Assembly: GCA_039194325.1 (NCBI GenBank)
Contig: JBCCWC010000005.1
Location: 1-64,000 of the forward strand
Origin: Myxococcota bacterium
Lineage (GTDB): Bacteria; Myxococcota_A; Polyangia; Nannocystales; Nannocystaceae
Length of the DNA stretch: 64,000 nt
Direction: 5' to 3'
Shown here: piece by piece, positions 59,118-64,000 of the stretch
Numbering within the stretch: the stretch's first letter is position 1
Layout of the letters: each line of letters begins with the position of its first letter
Translations under genes and position numbers: made by a program
The notes under the pieces: generated by a model
Database searches by the model: none
What the model saw: the letters and a program-made list of their open reading frames with translations, nothing else
Told to the model about the DNA's origin: nothing

Positions 59118-59427
59118 AGCGGGAGATCTCCTCCCGACCCAACTCACCGTCGAGGGGGGTGAGGAGATCTCCTCTTGTGTCGTTCCTGTGACATGCCAAA
59201 AACGAGGCGATTGCGCGGCCCAGGTCACTGGCACTTGCACCTCCCCAGGTCGATGCCTCATGCTCTTGGGCGGGTCGACCCGCGGGGGCTCGATGCGTCG
59301 TAGGTTGGTACGACGCTCCCGTCCTCATCGCCGACCCAGGCCTACGAGCAGCTCGTCTCCCCCGCCGTGCGAGGCAGGATGCACCCGCACGAGGAATGGA
59401 CGAGATCAACGCCCAGCGAGAATCTCG

Positions 59428-59952
59428 ATGCCCAAGGACGCGAGCGCGATCTTTCAGTCTTCGGCCCCCAGCTACGACGAACTCGAACGTCTGAGCGCGT
59501 TGGAGACCCTCAAGGGGCTACGCAGCCCAGAGACGGTCAGCCTCGGTGATCTGGTCGGCTACCTCGACTCCCGAGGCCTTTGGGCCCAGTTCGCCAAGAT
59601 CACCCTCGGCGATCTGCGCGACGCCTTCGCGGCGCCGCCAGCTGAGGCCGAGGCCAACGGTCGCCGCCGCAAACGCAGGATCCTCGAAGACGAGCTCGAG
59701 GACGCCTACGCCCAAAAGGCAGAAAAAGAGGCCAAGGCCAAGGCCCCCGACGACGGCGGCATCGACACCGACGAGTTCGCCCGCCTGGTGATGCCCTTTG
59801 TCGAGGGCAACGGCGACGTGACCCTCGACGACATCGAGGACTACAGCCGCCTCGACCGCAAGGTCCTGCGCCATCACCTGTCGGCGCTGGTCAAGGAAGG
59901 GCGGCTAGAGCGGATCGGCGTGGGGCGACACGCGGTCTACTCGGCGCTCTAA
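59428..59952 (+). CDS. Putative DNA-binding protein with C-terminal winged HTH
   Basis: 'VTLDDIEDYSRLDRKVLRHHLSALVKEGRLERIGVGRHAVY'; strong coding bias from ATG 59428. Confidence 0.78.
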   Translation: MPKDASAIFQSSAPSYDELERLSALETLKGLRSPETVSLGDLVGYLDSRGLWAQFAKITLGDLRDAFAAPPAEAEANGRRRKRRILEDELEDAYAQKAEKEAKAKAPDDGGIDTDEFARLVMPFVEGNGDVTLDDIEDYSRLDRKVLRHHLSALVKEGRLERIGVGRHAVYSAL

Positions 59953-59962
59953 GCCAAAACGC

Positions 59963-61375
59963 TCACGGGCGACTCGACGCAGGCGCACGGACGAGCGCAG
60001 ACAACGAGTGACCGCAAGCCACGCCCGCTTGCACGCCCGAGGTCACGCTCGGGATCATCGATACACCCCCCGCGACCCCCGGCGGCGCTTGGTCGCCCCC
60101 GTACGCCCGAGCACGATAGAGCGGCGAACCCCACAGCACGCGCTGCTGCTGCGCAGAAACCACCAATCCCGCTCCACCGGTCGTCTGATAGAAGGCGGGG
60201 AACATCAGGTTGTCGGCATCCGGGCAGTCGCCGAGGGCGCGGACGTCGATCCCAGGACAGGTCGGCGTATCGGCGAGATGGTCGACATAGCTCCCGTCGA
60301 TCGAGGTCGTGTGCAGCAGACCGATGTAGTGCCCGAGTTCGTGGAGCAGAGTCAGCGCGTCGGCCACCGGATCGTGAACGTCCTGCATGGCCATCCCGAT
60401 GGCCGACGCTCGATGCCCAGTGACGATGGGAACCCCCGGAGCCCCGGGCGAGATGCCCCAGACCGACACGCCCTCGAAGGGCTCGATGTGCTGGGTCAAC
60501 AGGACGTGCAGCGCCTGCACAGCGGGAAGCCCCTGGGTCTGCTCGATGGCCTCGTTGAGCATGTCGGTTCCGTAGATCTCCAGGTAGGCCCCATCGAGCA
60601 CGTGATACTGGATCTCGCCGAGGCTCAGGCCGAACGATTCCTCCAGGGCGAGGCCAAAGGCGTCGACCCGAGCCGCGATCGCATCGTCGTCGGCCGCGGT
60701 CTGGGCGCTGACCTCATGCCGCGGGGAAGGCCCCTGGATCATCAGCCCCTCGGCGATGTGAAGGTGGAGGTCGAGCACGCCCCCGTGGAAATCACCGGTG
60801 GAGGTTCGCTGGATCTGGACCAAGGCGGTGGCCTCGGGATCGGTGATCGCAAAACGGGCCCGCCACGTCCCCTCGAAGACCGGAACCTCGCCTTCGATGA
60901 AGCCCTGCGGCACGGCGGTCGCCGCGATGCCGTCATACCCCAGACCCGAAGGAACCAGGCCCCCCGCCGGGGTGAACGCGTCGAGTACGAACTCGCCGGC
61001 GGGGCTCACGAGCTGCATCGGTCCGAATTGCCCGTCCCCGACCCCCTCCTCGTGGTTGAACAGCGCGACGGCAAAGCCGATCGCGCCGGCGGGGACGTCG
61101 AACTCCACCTCACCATCGCCCCCGAGGTCGTCGAGCTCGAGGATGACCGGCTCGAGGAACTCGGGCCCGGGCTCACCGGGATCCCCGGTGCTCGATCCGC
61201 CCGTCGATGGCTCGACCTCAGTGACGGTCCCGTCGACATCGTCACCCACGGCGGCGTGATCGGCCGTGCCCGAGCTGTCGGTGCCCGAGCCTTCAGCGCC
61301 CGCGCCACTCGACGACTGCTCCGCGGGACGACATGCAATCGAGAGCAAAAGCCCAACAAGAGCTGTTAACCTCAC
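59963..61375 (-). CDS. Zinc metalloprotease lipoprotein (metzincin)
   Basis: Lipobox 'LSIAC'; HExxHxxGxxH 'HELGHYIGLLH'; Met-turn 'DNLMF'. Confidence 0.82.
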   Translation of the reverse strand: MRLTALVGLLLSIACRPAEQSSSGAGAEGSGTDSSGTADHAAVGDDVDGTVTEVEPSTGGSSTGDPGEPGPEFLEPVILELDDLGGDGEVEFDVPAGAIGFAVALFNHEEGVGDGQFGPMQLVSPAGEFVLDAFTPAGGLVPSGLGYDGIAATAVPQGFIEGEVPVFEGTWRARFAITDPEATALVQIQRTSTGDFHGGVLDLHLHIAEGLMIQGPSPRHEVSAQTAADDDAIAARVDAFGLALEESFGLSLGEIQYHVLDGAYLEIYGTDMLNEAIEQTQGLPAVQALHVLLTQHIEPFEGVSVWGISPGAPGVPIVTGHRASAIGMAMQDVHDPVADALTLLHELGHYIGLLHTTSIDGSYVDHLADTPTCPGIDVRALGDCPDADNLMFPAFYQTTGGAGLVVSAQQQRVLWGSPLYRARAYGGDQAPPGVAGGVSMIPSVTSGVQAGVACGHSLSALVRAPASSRP

Positions 61376-61485
61376 AATACGACTATGCCATGATGGCGGG
61401 CGCCTTTCACCACGAAAACTTCTAAAACGCACATCGAGACGCGCGCGAATGACGGTGGAATGCGCGGTCGTGGGCGAGCTCGATC

Positions 61486-63999
61486 CTAGCGACGACGGCG
61501 CTGGACCAGGGCGGTGATCGTGGGCAGCACCAACAACGCGGCGGAGGACGCGAGCACGATGCCGAGCACGGCGAGGCTGCCGATCCCCCGCACGCCGCCC
61601 GAGTCGGCCACCATGAAGGCGGCAAAGCCCACCGCGGTGGTGGCCGTGGCGGCGAGGATCGCCCCGCCCGTCTCCTGCAGAGCGCTGGCGAGGCCTTCGT
61701 AGGTGGGCTCGGAGCGACGGATCCGGTCGGTCAGGTAGACCCCGTTGTCGACCCCGATCCCCAAGATCGCGGGCAGGATCGGCAGGTTGAACAGGGTGAA
61801 GCGCAGGTCGATCGAGCCCAGCACGCCCAATAGCCACCACATGGCGAGCAACAGAGGCACCAGGGTCATCAGCATCAGCGGGATCGAGCGCAGCTGCCAG
61901 AAGACGAGCAGCCCGATGAGCGCCATGGCCATGAGCAGCACGACCGGCGCCTCCTCGCTCAGCATCAGGAACATCGCCGCATAGACGACCGCCTCGCCCA
62001 CGAAGTTGAGCTCGGTGTCGTCGACGAAGGACGAGGTCTCCTCCATGAAGGCGATGCCCTTCTCCATGTCGGCGACGTCGAAATTAGGGTAGGCGAACAG
62101 GCCATAGGAGCCGTCGGATGAGCGGACCTTGTCCAGCAGCAGCGGCGGTAGGTCATCGATCGTGAAGGGCTGGGCGTCGAACATGTCCAGCAACAACGCG
62201 GCGTCCTGCTCGGTCAGCTCCTCGGCATCCGGATCGGCCTCCGGCGAACCGGACGATGATCCGGTCGTCGGCTCTTCGACCGTCGCCGAGCCGTCCTGCT
62301 TGCCCTCGCCCTCGTCGCCCTCGCCCGGCTCTGGGTCGCTACCGTCCCAGTCGTCCCAGTCGTCGTCGTCTCGCACCAACCCAGGCGCAGCCTCGTCACT
62401 ACCGTCCCATTGGTCCCAGTCGTCTTCGTCCCGAACCAGCCCGGGCGGCGAAGCAGCACCCTCGGGCCCCGGAGCCGAGCTGTCTGGCCCGTCGCCCTCG
62501 TTTAGCCCGTCTCCCTCGTTTGGCTCGTCTCCCTCGTTTGGCCCGTCTCCCTCGTTTGGCCCGTCTCCCTCGTTTGGCCCGTCTCCCCAGTCGTCCCAGC
62601 CGTCGTCGTCCTCGCCTGGGGTGGGTGTACGTGGCGCTCGCCCGGCTCGCTCGCGCAGCTGGTCGAGCAACTCGCCGTGCTCGGCCTTGAACCCGCGGAT
62701 CCACCGCGCACGCGCCTGCATGTCCAGCTGGGGATCGGGCAGCAGATCGGGCGCCCCGAACAGCTCGGCCACCGTGGACTCCTCACCGCGCTGCGCATGC
62801 CGCTGTCGGGCCAGCGCCAGCGTTGCCCCCGCCTCTTCGAGGGTGGGCCGTACCAGCACGCTGGCGTGGATGTCCTTGCCGAAGACCTCGGAGATCAGCC
62901 GGGCGTCGGACTCGGTGTTCTCGCGGGCATGATCGGACTGAAGCTTGCGGCTGTTGTACTCGAACCGCACGTCGCGAGCACCCAGCACGGCGATCACGCT
63001 GGCCACGGTGAGCCCGATGAACAACAAGCCCGGACGAGCGAGCACCAGCCGGGTGGCCATGCTGTGCTCGGAGAGCGGTCGCCGAGGCCGGTGCTTCTTG
63101 ATCCCGACCAGGTAACAAAGCGCCGGCAGCACGGTGACCATGCTCAGCAGGCACAGGGCCACGCCCATGGCCGCGATGATCCCGAACTCGTGAAAGGCGG
63201 GGAAATCAGAGCTGGCCATGCTGGAAAAGGCGCCGATCGTGGTGCTGGAGGCCACCAGCAAGGGCACGACCAGCCCGTCGAAGGCCCGACAGATCGCCTC
63301 CCCGTCGTCGTGCTCCAGCCGCGCCCGCCGAGCCCGACTGAAGAAATGGATCCCCGCGTCGATCCCCACCCCCATCACCACGGTGGAGATCGTGCTGGTC
63401 ATGACGTTGAGATGACCCAGCACGAGCTGTGTGGCGGCTAGCGACCAGGTGACCCCGCACAAAAGCGGCACCAAGAGCACCAACACCGCCCGGTGTGAGC
63501 GAAACAAGAAGTAGAGGATCGCGACCACCCCCACAAAGGCGAACAGGCCGCTGCGCACCATGTCGCGCAAGATCGTGACCTGCTCGTCGGCCTTGACGAT
63601 GTAGGGCCCGATGATGTTGTAGGACATCCCGGTGCCCTGCCAGGCGCCATCGGGGCGCTCGAAGACCTCCTTGGCGATCTCGCGGACCCCGACGGTCACC
63701 TCCTTGAACACCCTGACCTGACTGGCGGACTCGTAGGGGTAGGCGAGCATCACCTCCACGTCGAGTCCCTCGCGCTCGTAACGATCGACAAAGCCGGTGC
63801 GCTCGCGGGCCCGCTCGCGCTTGTCCTCGATGAAGGCACGAAGAGCCCGCGGCGCCTCGGGGTCCGGCTCGGTCAGGCAGGCATCGGGCTCGGCGGTACA
63901 CAGCTGGTAGTGGGTCCAGGCATCGACACGCTGCCCAAGCTCGGCGAGCTCCGCCTCACTGAGGTAGTAGAGCGCGCGCTCGGCGAAGAACCCGCTGGG
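61486..63999 (-). CDS. MMPL/RND family transporter (HpnN-like), 5' end outside window
   Basis: Two sterol-sensing-like halves 'GVGIDAGIHF' and 'GIGVDNGVYL', 'TTAVGF'; 'FFAERALYYLSEAEL' near the window edge; frame open to the end. Confidence 0.9.
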   Translation of the reverse strand, partial: PSGFFAERALYYLSEAELAELGQRVDAWTHYQLCTAEPDACLTEPDPEAPRALRAFIEDKRERARERTGFVDRYEREGLDVEVMLAYPYESASQVRVFKEVTVGVREIAKEVFERPDGAWQGTGMSYNIIGPYIVKADEQVTILRDMVRSGLFAFVGVVAILYFLFRSHRAVLVLLVPLLCGVTWSLAATQLVLGHLNVMTSTISTVVMGVGIDAGIHFFSRARRARLEHDDGEAICRAFDGLVVPLLVASSTTIGAFSSMASSDFPAFHEFGIIAAMGVALCLLSMVTVLPALCYLVGIKKHRPRRPLSEHSMATRLVLARPGLLFIGLTVASVIAVLGARDVRFEYNSRKLQSDHARENTESDARLISEVFGKDIHASVLVRPTLEEAGATLALARQRHAQRGEESTVAELFGAPDLLPDPQLDMQARARWIRGFKAEHGELLDQLRERAGRAPRTPTPGEDDDGWDDWGDGPNEGDGPNEGDGPNEGDEPNEGDGLNEGDGPDSSAPGPEGAASPPGLVRDEDDWDQWDGSDEAAPGLVRDDDDWDDWDGSDPEPGEGDEGEGKQDGSATVEEPTTGSSSGSPEADPDAEELTEQDAALLLDMFDAQPFTIDDLPPLLLDKVRSSDGSYGLFAYPNFDVADMEKGIAFMEETSSFVDDTELNFVGEAVVYAAMFLMLSEEAPVVLLMAMALIGLLVFWQLRSIPLMLMTLVPLLLAMWWLLGVLGSIDLRFTLFNLPILPAILGIGVDNGVYLTDRIRRSEPTYEGLASALQETGGAILAATATTAVGFAAFMVADSGGVRGIGSLAVLGIVLASSAALLVLPTITALVQRRRR
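62335..62590. repeat. 18-bp repeat x5-6 (GDGPNE) and 60-bp-period duplication (PGLVRDxDDWDxWDGSD) inside the MMPL gene
   Basis: cccgtctccctcgtttgg units at about 62487-62590; paired blocks at about 62335-62385 and 62395-62445. Confidence 0.9.
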
Positions 64000-64000
64000 C

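Overview
GC-rich window that looks myxobacterial (Nannocystaceae-like). This is an inference from gene content: five Hanks-type kinases, ECF sigma factors, a DUF1552/DUF1592 pair, Cys-rich lipoproteins and an Oar-like TonB receptor. Housekeeping-type genes: Oar-like TonB receptor (5'-truncated), feoAB with a Fur-box-like site, glgC, ctpA (S41), a DsbA-like protein, ftsE-ftsX-envC, class II ribonucleotide reductase nrdJ with NrdR-box-like and DnaA-box-like sites upstream, and an MMPL/RND transporter running off the window end. Accessory content: three membrane Ser/Thr kinases with variable 42-aa TPR arrays (two as a tandem duplication); an ECF/anti-sigma/HemN-like radical SAM/MFS/DUF418 operon; a kinase-TPR-Cip1-like-beta-helix-DUF1592/1552-ECF-PD40 cluster; a lipoprotein with an animal mucin-type WxxW (CysD) domain in a rearranged region that also carries an unrecognised small membrane-protein family; and a PIN toxin whose partner is a ~270-aa protein with only an antitoxin-like tail. 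Short tandem duplications are pervasive. No rRNA, tRNA, CRISPR array or transposase was seen. All family assignments come from motif recognition by eye; no database searches were run.
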